Shown here: in pieces, positions 12,496-25,085 of the stretch
Layout: every line of letters begins with the position of its first letter
How positions within the stretch are numbered: position 1 is the first letter of the stretch
Assembly (NCBI GenBank): GCA_030390025.1
Contig: CM059431.1
Coordinates: 148,740,001-148,804,000, forward strand
Length of the DNA stretch: 64,000 nucleotides
Reading direction: 5' to 3'
DNA from: Squalus acanthias
Lineage: Eukaryota
The notes under the pieces: generated by a model
Databases searched by the model: none
What the model was told of the DNA's origin: nothing
Seen by the model: the letters and a program-made list of their open reading frames with translations, nothing else
Position numbers and translations under genes: made by a program

Positions 12496-15400
12496 TTCCA
12501 TTCCCAGCCTGTTGTATTTCAGTTTTTCTCATTTTGTGAGGTACTGAGCCCCACTCACAGAGAAGGAAAGCCCAAGGTATCATTCCCGGCATGTGGTATG
12601 TCAGATGTTCTCATTACGTGAGGTACTCAGCCCCACCATGTGAGAAGAAAGGAACAAAGGTTGCATTCCTTGCCTGTGGTATGTCTGTTATTCTCATTCG
12701 GTAATGTAGTCAGCTTCACACAGTGCAGGAAGGGCCCACGATCATTCTCTGTCCTGTGGTGTGTCAGTTCTTCCCATTTGGAGATGGACTGTGACCCGCA
12801 CACAGAGCAGCAAGCGCCCAGGTGCGTCCACTTTCCCCTGTGGTATGTTAGCTGCTATCACCCGTTGTGATACTGAGCACCACACACAGAGCAGGATGTG
12901 TGAAGACTCCATTCCAGGCCTGTGATATGTTAGTTGTTCTCATTTGAGGAGGAAATGAGGCCACATACAGAGCAGGAAGGACCCATTCTCCATTCAAGGC
13001 CTGTCGAGTTTCTGTTGTACTCATTCAGTGTGGTACTGAGACCCACACATAGTGCAGGATAGGCCCAGGATCATTCCACGGTCTGTAGTCTGTTAGCTGA
13101 TCTCACCCGGCGTGGTGCTGAGCCCCACACAGAGCAGGATGGGCAGAGGATCATTCCAATGTCTGTGGTGTGTTATCTCATCTCGGCCAGCGCGGTATCA
13201 AGACACAGACAGAGCAGGGTGAGCCTAGGATTATCCTAAGCTTGTGGTGTGTTCGCTGATCTCACCCGGTGTGGTACTGCTCACTAGAGAGTGCAGGATG
13301 GTCCCAGGATCATTCTAGTGCTGTGCTGTGTGAACTGATATCACTCAGTGTGGTATTGAACCCCACCCAGAGCAGAATGTGACCAGGCTCCATTCCCGGC
13401 CTGTGATTTGTCAGTTGTTCACATTCGGTGAGGTACTGAGCTCCACATACAGAGCAGGAAGGGCCCAGGCTCAATTCTCGGCCTGTGTCATGTCTGTTAA
13501 TCTCAATAGGTGTGTTACTGAGCTCTACACAGTGCAGGAAGGGCCCAGGATCAGTTCCTGTCCTTTGGAATTTTCCTGATCTCAACCAGTTTGATACTGA
13601 GCTCCACACACAGTGCAGGAAAAAGCCCAGGCTCCATTCCCGGCCTGTGGTGCGTTAGTTATTCTCATTCTATGAGGTAGGAGCCCCATCCACAGAGCAG
13701 GATGAACCCAGGCTCCATTCCCGACCTGCAATGTGTTTGTTGTTCACATTCTGTGATGTACTGAACCCCACACACAGAGCAGGACGTGCGCAGGCTCCAT
13801 TTCCGGACTGTAGTATGTTAGTTGTTCACATTCTGTGAGGTACTGAGCCCCACAAAGAGAGAAGGATGGGCCCATGCTCCATTCCCGGCCTGTAATGTGT
13901 TAGTTGTTCACATTCTGTGTGGTACTGAGAACAACACACAGAGCAGGATGGGCCCAGGCTCCATTCCCGGCCTGTAATGTGTTAGTTGTTCACATTCTGT
14001 GAGGTACTGAAACCCACACACAGAGCAGGATGGGCACAGGCTCCATTCCCGGCCTGTAATGTGTTAGTTGTTCACATTCTGTGAGGTACTGAAACACACA
14101 CACAGAGCAGGATGGGCCCAGGCTCCATTCCCGACCTGTAATATGCTAGTTGTTCACATTCCGTGAGGTACTGAGAACCACACACAGAGCAGGATGGGCG
14201 CAGGCTCCATTCCCGGCCTGTAATGTGTCAGTTGTTCACATTCTGTGAGGTACTGAACCCCACACACAGAGCAGGATGGGCACAGGCTCCAATTCCGGCC
14301 TATGGTATGTTAGTTTTTCTCATTCTGTGTGGTACTGAGCTGCACACAGAGAGCAGGTTGGGCCCAGGCTCCATTCCCGGCCTCTGTTACGTTAGTTATT
14401 CTCATTATGAGAGGTCCTGAGCACCACACACGGAGTAGGTAGGGCCCAGGCTCCATTTCCGGCCTGTAGTATGTTAGTTGTTCACATTCAGTGAGATACT
14501 GAGCTGCACACTTTGAGCAGGATGGGCCCAGGCTCCATTTCCGGCCTGTAGTGTGTTAGTTGTTCACATTCAGTGAGGTACTGAGCCCCACACACAGAGC
14601 AGGAAAGGCCCAGGTCCCATTCCCGGCCTGTAGTGTGCCAGTTTTTCACATTCCGTGAGGTATTGCGCCCCATAACACAGAGCAGGAAGGAACCAAGCTA
14701 CATTCCCGGGCTATGGTATGTCAGTTGTTCTCATTCAGTGAGGTACTGAGACCCACACAGAGCAGGAAGTGCACAGGCTACATTCCCGGACTGCGGTAGG
14801 TCAGTTGTTCTCATTCAGCGAGGTACAGGGCCCCACCCAGAGAGAAGGATGGGGCCAGTCGCACTTCCAGGTCTGTGGTATGTCTGTTATTCTCATTAGT
14901 TGAGGTACGTATCGCCACAAACTGTCAGAAGCTCCCAGGATCATTCCCTGTCAGGTGATGTTCTCACTGATCTCACCCGATGTGATACTGATCGTCACAC
15001 ACAGAGCAGGATGTGCCAAGGCTCCATTCCCAGGCTGTGGTATGTTAGTTGTTCTCATTCCGTGAGGTGCCGAGCCCCACACACAAAGTAGGTCGGGCCA
15101 GGGCTGAATTCCCGGCCTGTGTTGTGCCAGTTAATCTCATTCGGTGAGGAACAGTGCCGCACACACAGTGGAGGAAGGCCCCAGGCACAATTTCTGACCT
15201 GTTGTATTTTATTTGTTCACATTCCGTGAGGTACTGACAACCACACACAGAGCAGGATAGGCCCAGGCTCCATACCGGCATTTGCTGTGTCAGTTATTCT
15301 CATTTGGTGTGGTAATGACCCCCACAGAGCAGGATGGGCCCAGGCTCCATTCCCGGCCTGAGTTTTGTATGTTATTCTCATTCGGTGAGGTAATGAGACC

Positions 15401-15717
15401 CACACACAGAGCAGGATGGGCCGAGGCTCCATTCCTGGCCTGTAGAGTCTCAGTTGTTCTCATTCGGTGAGGTACTGAGCAACACCCAGAGTGAAGGAAG
15501 GGACCAGGCTCCATTACCGGCCTCTGGTATGTCTGTTATTCTCATTCGTTGAGGTACTGAGCACCACACAGTGCAGGAAGGACCCAGGCACCATTCACTG
15601 CCTGTGGTTTGTCAAATATTCTCATTCAGTGAGGTACTGAGCCCCACACCACAGAGCAGGAAAGGCCCAGGATCATTCCCGTTCCTGGGTTGTTTTCCCT
15701 GATATCATCCTATGTGA

Positions 15718-15785
15718 TACTATAACCTGGTGTTGTGCGACCTCTCATTTTTGTCCACCCCAGTCCAACACCGGCATCTCCGCAT
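15718..15785 (+). mobile_element. Tiny terminal fragment of a Penelope-type element inserted in a satellite monomer
   Basis: actataacctggtgttgtgcgac...tgtccaccccagtccaacaccggcatctccgcat matches the reverse complement of 48000-48070. It is flanked by atact on both sides. Confidence 0.75.
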
Positions 15786-16698
15786 ACTGAGCCCACACAG
15801 AGCAGGAACGGGCCTGTCTCAATTCCCGGTCTGTTGTATATCAAGTTGTTCTCATTTGGTGAGGTACTGATCCCCAAGTATAGACCAGGAAAGGCCCAGG
15901 CTCTGTTAATAGATCTGAACTGATGCAGTGCTCAGCCCCACAGAACAGGAAAGATGCAGGATCCATCCCGGCCTGTCCTGTGTTAGCTGATCTCCCCCGT
16001 GTGGGACTGAGTCACACACAGAGCAGGAATATCCCAGGCTCCATCCCAGACCTGTGCTGATTGAACTGTTGTCAACCATTGTTGTACTGAGCCCCACACA
16101 GTGCAGGTTTGGGCCAGCAGCATTCCACAGCCTGTGATGTGTTACCAGATCTCACACAGTGTGGTACTGACACCCACACAGTGCAGGAACGGCCCAGGAT
16201 CATTCCATGGCCTGTGGTGTGTATGCTGATCAAACCCAGTATGGTACTGAGCCCCTACAGAAGGAAGCAAGGGCCCAGTAGCATGCCCTGTCCTGTGGTA
16301 TGTCAGTTGTTCTCATTTGGAGATGGACTGTGCACCGCACACAGAGCAGGAAGAGCCCAGGATATGTTCTGTACTTTGGTGTTTTCCCTGGTCACACCCG
16401 GTGTGATACCAAGAACCACACACAGAGCAGGATGGGCACAGGCTCAATTCCCGGCTTGTGGTGTGTCAGTTGTTCTCATTCAGAGAGGTACTGAGCCTCA
16501 CACACAGTGCAGCATAGGTCCAGGAGCTTTCCCCGGCATCTGGAGTTTTAACTGATCACACCCATGGGGTACTGAGCCCCACAAAGAGCAGGATGTGTCC
16601 AGAATAAATCTCCGACCTGTGGTGTGTTAGCTGATCTCACCCGATGTGTTGCTGAGCCCTACACAGAGCAGGATGGGCCCAGGATCATTCCATGACCT

Positions 16699-17592
16699 AG
16701 TGAATTACTGAGACACAAAGAACAGGACAGTTCCAGGCATCCTCTCTGGTCTATGCTGAACTATCGCATCTATCCTGCTGTCTGGGCCTAACACAACACA
16801 TGTAAACTGACCCATCACCCAGAAACTGCTCCAGTATCAATTAACTCAACCAGAAACCTTAAAGGTAGCCATTGCCCGAAAGTGATGCCAGTGCTCGGCC
16901 TAATTCAGGGATCATTCATTCTAGGAAGAAAGCCATAACCCGATTACATTACTGATGCCAGAGATTTAAAGAATATTCCAGCCTATATAACGCAATCACA
17001 TGTAATAAAAAGTAAAAGATAAAAGCACGGCATTCTCGGCACTGACATCACTAATCAGCCACCTGTGTAAGAAACAGTTCAGAACAATGCGGTTGAATCC
17101 TCAAACAGACGGGAGAAAAGCAGGCATACCGTGCAATACATATTTACACAGTTAGGGACTGTCCAGAAACAATCGCTGACCACAGAGTTTAATGGCGTAA
17201 GTTAGAAATCATGTTCGGTCCAAATAACGATTAAATATGCCCGCACTTTCTGTGAGAAGTGGTGATTTCTGTTCTTGGAGTAGCTGCTGTTCGCTTGAGT
17301 GGATGACTGATTTGCAAACAAAGGAAACCTGCTCTGAGACGTTCAAATTACATGATCATATTAATGCCAGTCAGGTGGGCACAGCAGCGTGAGACACTAT
17401 TCCCACTCATGGTTAATATATTTAAAAAGAGATACTGAGGATGAACACTCAAAGCAATCCAACAATTCAATCAATGGCACTTCAATGACTGGACACCGCT
17501 AAGAAACGTAGATCAGACTATGACAGGTTAACTGATCCGTTTAACTGCGGGAGGCTGTCTCAGTAATGAAGATTCGATTCCCTGCAGTAGTG
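16699..17592. repeat. ~0.9-kb cassette, copy 3
   Basis: Colinear with copy 1, with a short internal deletion near 17485 that is shared with copy 5. Confidence 0.92.
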
Positions 17593-18414
17593 GCTCCATT
17601 TCCGGCTCGTGATATGTCAGTTGTTCTCATTCGGTGAGATACTGTGCCCCACCCAGTGAGAAGGCAGTGCCCAGGATCATTCCCTGTCCTGTGGTATATC
17701 TGTTATTCTCATTTGGAGCTGGACTGTGCCCCGCACACAGAGCAGCAAGTGACCAGCATCATGCCCTCTCCTGTGGTATCTTAGTTGTTCTCATTTGGTA
17801 AGGAACTGAGCCCCACACAAAGCTTCAAGGATCCAGTCTCCATTACAGGCCTATGGTATTTCTGTTGTTCTCATTCAGTGTGGTACTGAGCCCCACACAA
17901 AGAGGAGGATAGGCCCAGGATCATTCCACGGCATCTGATGTGGTAGCTGTACTCACCCAGTGTGATACTGAGCCCCACACAGTGCAGGATAGGCCCAGGA
18001 TCATTCCACGACTTGCGGTGTGTTAGCAGTTCTCACCCAGTGAGGTACTGAGCCTCACACAGAGCAGGATGTGCCCAGGATCATTCCACGGTCTGTGATG
18101 TGGTAGCTGATCTCACCCAGTGTGGTACTGAGCCCCGCACAGAGCAGGATGCGCCCAGGATCAACCCACGGCCTGTGGTGTGTTAGCAGGTATCAACCTG
18201 TGTGGTACTGAGCACCTCACAGTGCAGGATGTGCCCAGGATCATCCCACGGCCTGTCGTGTGTTAGCAGGTATCAATCAGTGTGGTACTGAGCACCACAC
18301 AGTGCAGGGTGTGGCCAGGATTATCCCACGGCCTGTGATGTGTTAGCTAATCTCACCCGATGTGGTACTGAGCACCAGACAGTGCAGGATAGGCTCAGGA
18401 TCATTCCATGGCCC

Positions 18415-19090
18415 GGTGAGATACTGAGCCACAAAGAACAGAGCAGTTCCAGGCCTCCTCTCTGATCTATGCTGAACTATCGTATCTCACCTGATGTCTG
18501 GATTTATCACAACATCTGTAAACTGACCCAACACCCAGAAACTGCTCCAGTATCAATTAACTCAACGAGAAATCTTAAAGTTAGCCATTGCTCGAAAGTG
18601 GTGCGTGAGCTCGGCCTGATTCAGGGATCATTAATTGTTGGATGAAAACATTAACCCGATTGCCTTACTGATGCCACAGATTCAAATAATATTCCAGTCT
18701 GAATAAAGCAATCACATTGAATATTAAAAAGGTTAAAGCACGGCATTCTCGGCACTGACATCACTACACAGCCACCTGTGTAAGAAACAGCTCAGGACAA
18801 TGGGGCTGAATCCTCAAGCAGATGGGAGAAAAGCCGGCATATCGTGGAATACATATTTACACAGTTAGGGACTGTCCAGAAATACTCACTCACCGCACAG
18901 GTTGACGGTGTAAGGTAGAAATCATCTTCGCTCCTAATAACGATTAAATATGCTCGCACTTTCTGTGAGAAGTGATGATTTCTGTTCTTCTTGGAGTGGC
19001 TGCGGTTCGCTTGATTGGATGCCTGATTTGCACACAAAAGAATCCTACACTGAGAAGCTCAAATTACCTGATCCTATTAGTGGCATTCAG
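18415..19090. repeat. Cassette copy 4 (3'-truncated)
   Basis: Colinear with copy 1 up to gatcctattagtg, then returns to satellite. Confidence 0.9.
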
Positions 19091-19664
19091 GTGAGCAAGT
19101 GTCCAGCATCATGCCCTCTCCTGTGTTATCTTAGTTGTTCTCATTTGGTAAGGAACTGAGCCCCTCACAAAGATGAAAGGACCCAGTCTCCATTCCCCGC
19201 CTCAGGTATTTCTGTTGTCATCATTCAGTGTGGTACTGAATCCCACATACAGAGCAGGATTGGGCCAGGCTCCATTGGCAACCGGTGTTATGTCTGTTAT
19301 TCACATTCGGTGAGGTACTGAGCTCCACAAAAAGTGCAGGATAGTCCCAGGCTCCATTACCAGCGGGTGTTATGTCTGTTATTCACATTCGGTGAGGTAC
19401 TGAGCTCCATACAGTGCAGGAAGGGCCCAGGATCATTCCCTGTTCTGTGGTGTTTTGCCTGATCTCACCCGGTGTGATACTGAGCAGCACAAATAGAGCA
19501 GGTTAGGGCCCAGGCTCATTCCCGACCTGTGGTGTGTCAGTTATTCTCATTCTATGAGGTACTGAGCCCCATACACAGAACAGGCTGGGCCCAGGCTCCA
19601 TTCCCAGCCTGTAGTAAGTTAGTTGTTCACATTCGGTGAGGTACTGAGCCCCAGCCACTGCGCA

Positions 19665-22060
19665 GGAAGGGCCCAGGCTCCATTCTCGGCCTGTAATATG
19701 TTCGTTGTTCACATCCCGTGAGGTACTGAGCACCACCCGCTGAGCAGGAAGGGCCCAGGCTCCATTCTCGGCCTGTAATATGTTCGTTGTTCACATCCCG
19801 TGAGGTACTGAGCACCACCCGCTGAGCAGGAAGTGCTCAGTCTCCATTCCCGGCCTGTGTTATATCAGTTGTTCTCATTCGGTGAGGTACTGAGACCAAA
19901 ACACAGAGCAGGAATGGCCCAGGCTCTGTTAACAGATCTGAACCGGTGTAATGCTCCACACCACAGTACAGAAAAGATTCAGGATCTAATCCGGCCTGTC
20001 CTGTGTTAACTGATCTCTCCCGTGTGGTACCGAGTCACACAACGAGCAGGAAGATACCAGGCTCCATCCCTGGCTTGTGTTGAGTGAGCTGCTCCCGCAG
20101 AATGTGCAACAGAGCCCCACACACAGTGCAAGATAGTCCCAGGAGCAATCCCCGGCATGTGGTGCTTTAGCTGATCAAACCCGGTGTGGTACTGAGCCCT
20201 ACACAGAGCAGGTTGTGCTCTGGATCATTCCACCGATTTGGTGTGTTCGCAAATTTTACCCGTTGTGGTACTGAGCCCGGAAAGAGCAGGATGAACCCAG
20301 GCTCCATTCCCAGACTGTGGTATGCAGTTATTCTCATTTGATGCGGTACTGAGCCCCAAACACAGCGAAATAAGTGTGCTGGCTCCCTTCCCGGTCTGTG
20401 GTATGTCAGTTGATCACCGTCGATGAGGAACTGAGGCCCACACACGAAGGACGGGTCCAAGCACCATTCCCGGAATCTGGTATGTCATTTGTTCCCATCC
20501 AGTGAGGTACTGAGCCCTACAAGGAGCAGGAAGGGCCCAGTCAACATTCTAGGCCTGTGGTGTGTCATTTATTCTCATTTGATGAGCTACTGAGCCCTCC
20601 ACAGAGCAGGAACGGCACAGGCACCATTCCCGGCCTGTGGTATGTCAGTTGTTCCCATCCAGTGAGGTACTGAGCCCCACAAACAGCAAAGGAAGTGCAC
20701 AGGCTCCATTCTTGGCTTGCGCTATATCTGTTGCTCTCATTCGCAGAGGTACTGAGCGCCACACACAGCAAAGGAAGTGCCCAGGCTCCATTCCCAGCCT
20801 GTAGTAAGTTAGTTGTTCACATTCGGTGAGGTACTGAGCCCCAGCCACTGCGCAGGAAGGGCCCTGGCTTCATTCCCGGACTGTACTATGCTATTTGTGC
20901 ACATCCTGTGAGGTACTGAGCCCCACCCACTGAGCAGGAAGGGCCCAGGCTCCATTCTCGGCCTGTAATATGTTCGTTGTTCACATCCCGTGAGGTACTG
21001 AGCACCACCCGCTGAGCAGGAAGGGCCCAGGCTCCATTCTCGGCCTGTAATATGTTCGTTGTTCACATCCCGTGAGGTACTGAGCACCACCCGCTGAGCA
21101 GGAAGTGCTCAGTCTCCATTCCCGGCCTGTGTTATATCAGTTGTTCTCATTCGGTGAGGTACTGAGACCAAAACACAGAGCAGGAATGGCCCAGGCTCTG
21201 TTAACAGATCTGAACCGGCGTAATGCTCCACACCACAGTACAGAAAAGATTCAGGATCTAATCCGGCCTGTCCTGTGTTAACTGATCTCTCCCGTGTGGT
21301 ACCGAGTCACACAACGAGCAGGAAGATACCAGGCTCCATCCCTGGCTTGTGTTGAGTGAGCTGCTCCCGCAGAATGTGCAACAGAGCCCCACACACAGTG
21401 CAAGATAGTCCCAGGAGCAATCCCCGGCATGTGGTGCTTTAGCTGATCAAACCCGGTGTGGTACTGAGCCCTACACAGAGCAGGTTGTGCTCTGGATCAT
21501 TCCACCGATTTGGTGTGTTCGCAAATTTTACCCGTTGTGGTACTGAGCCCGGAAAGAGCAGGATGAACCCAGGCTCCATTCCCAGACTGTGGTATGCAGT
21601 TATTCTCATTTGATGCGGTACTGAGCCCCAAACACAGCGAAATAAGTGTGCTGGCTCCCTTCCCGGTCTGTGGTATGTCAGTTGATCACCGTCGATGAGG
21701 AACTGAGGCCCACACACGAAGGACGGGTCCAAGCACCATTCCCGGAATCTGGTATGTCATTTGTTCCCATCCAGTGAGGTACTGAGCCCTACACAGAGCA
21801 GGAAGGGCCCAGGCAACATTCTAGGCCTGTGGTGTGTCATTTATTCTCATTTGATGAGCTACTGAGCCCTCCACAGAGCAGGAACGGCACAGGCACCATT
21901 CCCGGCCTGTGGTATGTCAGTTGTTCCCATCCAGTGAGGTACTGAGCCCCACAAACAGCAAAGGAAGTGCACAGGCTCCATTCTTGGCTTGCGCTATATC
22001 TGTTGCTCTCATTCGCAGAGGTACTGAGCGCCACACACAGCAAAGGAAGTGCCCAGGCGC
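19665..22060. repeat. Near-identical tandem duplication, period 1272 bp
   Basis: ORFs 20167..20460 and 21439..21732 translate identically at an offset of 1272, and rare monomer variants recur in the same order. Confidence 0.93.
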
Positions 22061-23561
22061 CATTCCCGGCCTGTGGTATGTTAGTTCTTCTCATTCAGTT
22101 AGGGACTGAGCCCCACACAGAGCAGGAAATGCCAAGGCTCCATTCCCGGCCTGTGGTATGTCAGTTGTTCTCATTCGGTGAAGTACTGAGGCCCGCAAAG
22201 AGAAAAGGAAGAGCCCAGGCTTCATTCCCGGCCTATTTTATGTCTGTTATTCTCATTCTGTGAGGTGCTGAGCTCCACACAGTGCAGGGAGGGCCCAGAA
22301 TCATTCCCTATCCTGTGATGTGTCAGTTAATCTCATTTGGAGGTGGACTGTGCCACGATTTCAGAACAACAAGGGCTTAGGATCATTCCCTGACCTGTGT
22401 TTTGTGTCCTGTTCTCACACGGTGTGATACTGAGCCTCACCCAGAAAGAGCGCAAGTTCCATTCACGGCCTGTGGTATGTCAGTAATTCTCATTCGGTAA
22501 GGTACTGAGCCCCACACACGAAACAGGATGTGCCCAGGCTACATTCCGGGCCTGTAGTATGTTAGTTGTTCACATTGCGAGAGGTACTGAAGGAAGGGCC
22601 CAGGCTCCATTCCCTATCCTGTGGTGTGTCAATTAATCTCATTTGGTGAGGAACTGAGTACCACACACAGAGCAAAAAGGACCCAGGCTCCATTCCCGGT
22701 CTGTGGTATGTCAGTTGTTCACAGTTGGTCAGGTACAGAACTGCACCCGGAGAGAAGGAAAGGCCCAGGCTCCATTCCTGGCCTCGTCTGTGTAAGTTGT
22801 TCTCATTCGGTGAGGTACTGAACCAAACCCAGAGGGTAGGATGGGCCCAGGCTCCATTCCCGGCATGTGCTATGTATGTCATCCTCATTCGGTGAGGTAC
22901 TGAGGCACACACACAAAGCAGGAAGTGCCCAGGCTCCATTCCCGGCCTGTGGTATGTCAGTTAATCTCATTTGATGAGGTACTGTGCCCCACACTGTGCA
23001 AGTTGGGACCAGGATTATTCCAGGGACTGTCGTATGCTAACTGATATCAACCGGTTCGGTACTGAGCCCCACACAGACCAGTATGGGCCTAGGATCATTC
23101 CGCAATCAGTGGGGGGTTAGCTGATCTTACCTAGTTTGGTACTGAGCCCAACACAGTGCAGGATGGGCCCAGACATAATGCCGGACTGTGGTATTTTAGT
23201 TATTCTCATTCAGTGAGGTACTGACCCCCACACAGAGCAGAAATGGCCCAGGCTCTCTTAACAGATCTGATCAGTTGTCGTGCTCAGCCCCACACAACAA
23301 GAAAGAGGCAGGATCGATCCAGGCCAGTGCTGAGTGAGCTGTTCTCACACAGTGAGCCCCACACGCAGTGCAGAATAGGCCGAGGAGCATTCACCGTTTT
23401 AGCTGATCACACCCAGTGTGGTACTGGGCCCCGCACAGAGCAGGACGGGAGCAGGATCAATACACCGGATTCCTGTGCTAGCAGATTTCACCCAGTGTGG
23501 TACTGAGACCTACACAGAGCAGGAAGGGTCCAGAACAATTCACCGGCTTGTGGTGGGATGG

Positions 23562-24326
23562 CTGAATATAAAAATAGGGAGGTATTGCTTCAGTTGTACA
23601 AGGTATTGGTGAGACCGCACCTGGAATACTGCATACAGTTTTGGTGTCCTTACTTAAGGAAAGACATCCTTGCTCTCGAGGCAGTGCAAAAAAGGTTCAC
23701 TCGGTTAATCCCGGGGATGAGGGGGTGGTCATATGAGGAGAGGTTGGGTAGATTGGGACTCTACTCATTGGAGTTCAGAAGAATGAGAGGCGATCTTATT
23801 GAAACATATAAGATTGTGAAGGGGTTGGATCGGGTGGATGCGGGGAGGATGTTCCCGATGACGGGTGAGACGAGAACTAGGGGACATAGTCTTAGAATAA
23901 GGGGCTGCTCTTTCAAAACTGAGATGAGGAGGAACTACTTCACTCAGAGGGTGGTAGGTCCATGGAATATGCTGCCACAAAAAGCTGTAGAAGCTACAAC
24001 ATTAATTAAATTTAAAACAGAAATAGACAGTTTCCTAGAAGTAAAGGGCATTAAGGGTTACGGGGAGCGGGCAGGAATTTGGACATGAGTCTAGGTTCGG
24101 ATCGGTCATGGCCCTGTGGGTAGTGGAGCGGGCCCAGGGACTGTGTAGCCTGATTCTGCTCCCATTTCGTGTGTGCAATTCTGTTCGATGCAGGAGATGG
24201 TTCTGTGATAGATAGTAGATTGGCGGTTAGGATCAGATCAGCCATGATCTTATTGAATGGCGGAGCAGGCTCGAGGGGCCGATTGGCCTACTCCTGCTCC
24301 TATTTCTTATGTTCTTATGTTCTTAT
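23562..24326 (+). mobile_element. 5'-truncated CR1 LINE (ORF2 C-terminus plus 3' UTR)
   Basis: Open 176-aa frame LYKVLVRPHLEYCIQFW...VQKRFTRLIPGM...YEERL...RMRGDLIETYKI...TRGH. Ends in (ttcttatg)n and splits a satellite monomer. Confidence 0.95.
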
Positions 24327-24482
24327 CCCACCCAGTGTGGTACATAGCCCCACACAAAGCAGGATGGGCCCATGATCATTCCCAGACCCGTGGTTTGTTA
24401 GCAGACATCATCCAGCGTGGTAGTGAGCCCCATACAGATTAGCATGGGCCAAGAAACATTCCCCGGCCTGTGGTGTGTATGT

Positions 24483-25085
24483 AATCAAAATCACATTGAA
24501 TAAATAATAAAAGGTAAAAGCATGGCATTCTCGGCACTGACATCACTAAACAGCCTCCTGTGTAAGAAACATTTCAGAACAATGGGGCTGATTCCTCAAA
24601 AACACGGAGGAACAGCATTCATACCGTGAAATATATATTTACACTGTTAGGGACTGGACAGAAGCATTCACTGACCACACAGGTTGACGGCGTAAGGCAG
24701 AAAACATCCTCGGTCCCAATAGCGATTACATGTTTCCGCACTTTCTTTGAGAAGTTGTGATTTCTGTTCTTGGAGTAGCTGCTGTTCGCTTTACTGGTGC
24801 CTGATTTGCAAACAAAGGAAACCTGCACTGAGACGCTCAAATTACATGATCCTATTAGTGCCAGTCAGGTGGGCACAGCAGCGTGAGACACTATTCCCAC
24901 TCATGGTTAATATATTTAAATGGAGATATTGAGGATGAACACTCAAAGCAATCCAACAATTCAATCAAATGCACTTCAATGACTGCACACCACTAAGAAA
25001 CTAGATCAGACTATGACTGGTAAACTGACCATTTTAACTGCGGGAGTCAGGCTCAGTAATGAAGATTCGATTCTCTGTAGTACTG
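24483..25085. repeat. Cassette copy 5 (5'-truncated)
   Basis: Starts at aatcacattgaataaa and is colinear thereafter. Confidence 0.9.

Noticed and set aside
13700..14700. Decayed C2H2 zinc-finger array (period near 84 bp, HTE.. peptides)
   Set aside because: The period is 82 bp, with no CxxC...HxxxH spacing or TGEKP linker.
18792..19037. GPCR TM3-like peptide (C...NMYST) on the cassette minus strand
   Set aside because: There is no DRY motif or other TM segment, and stops differ among the copies.
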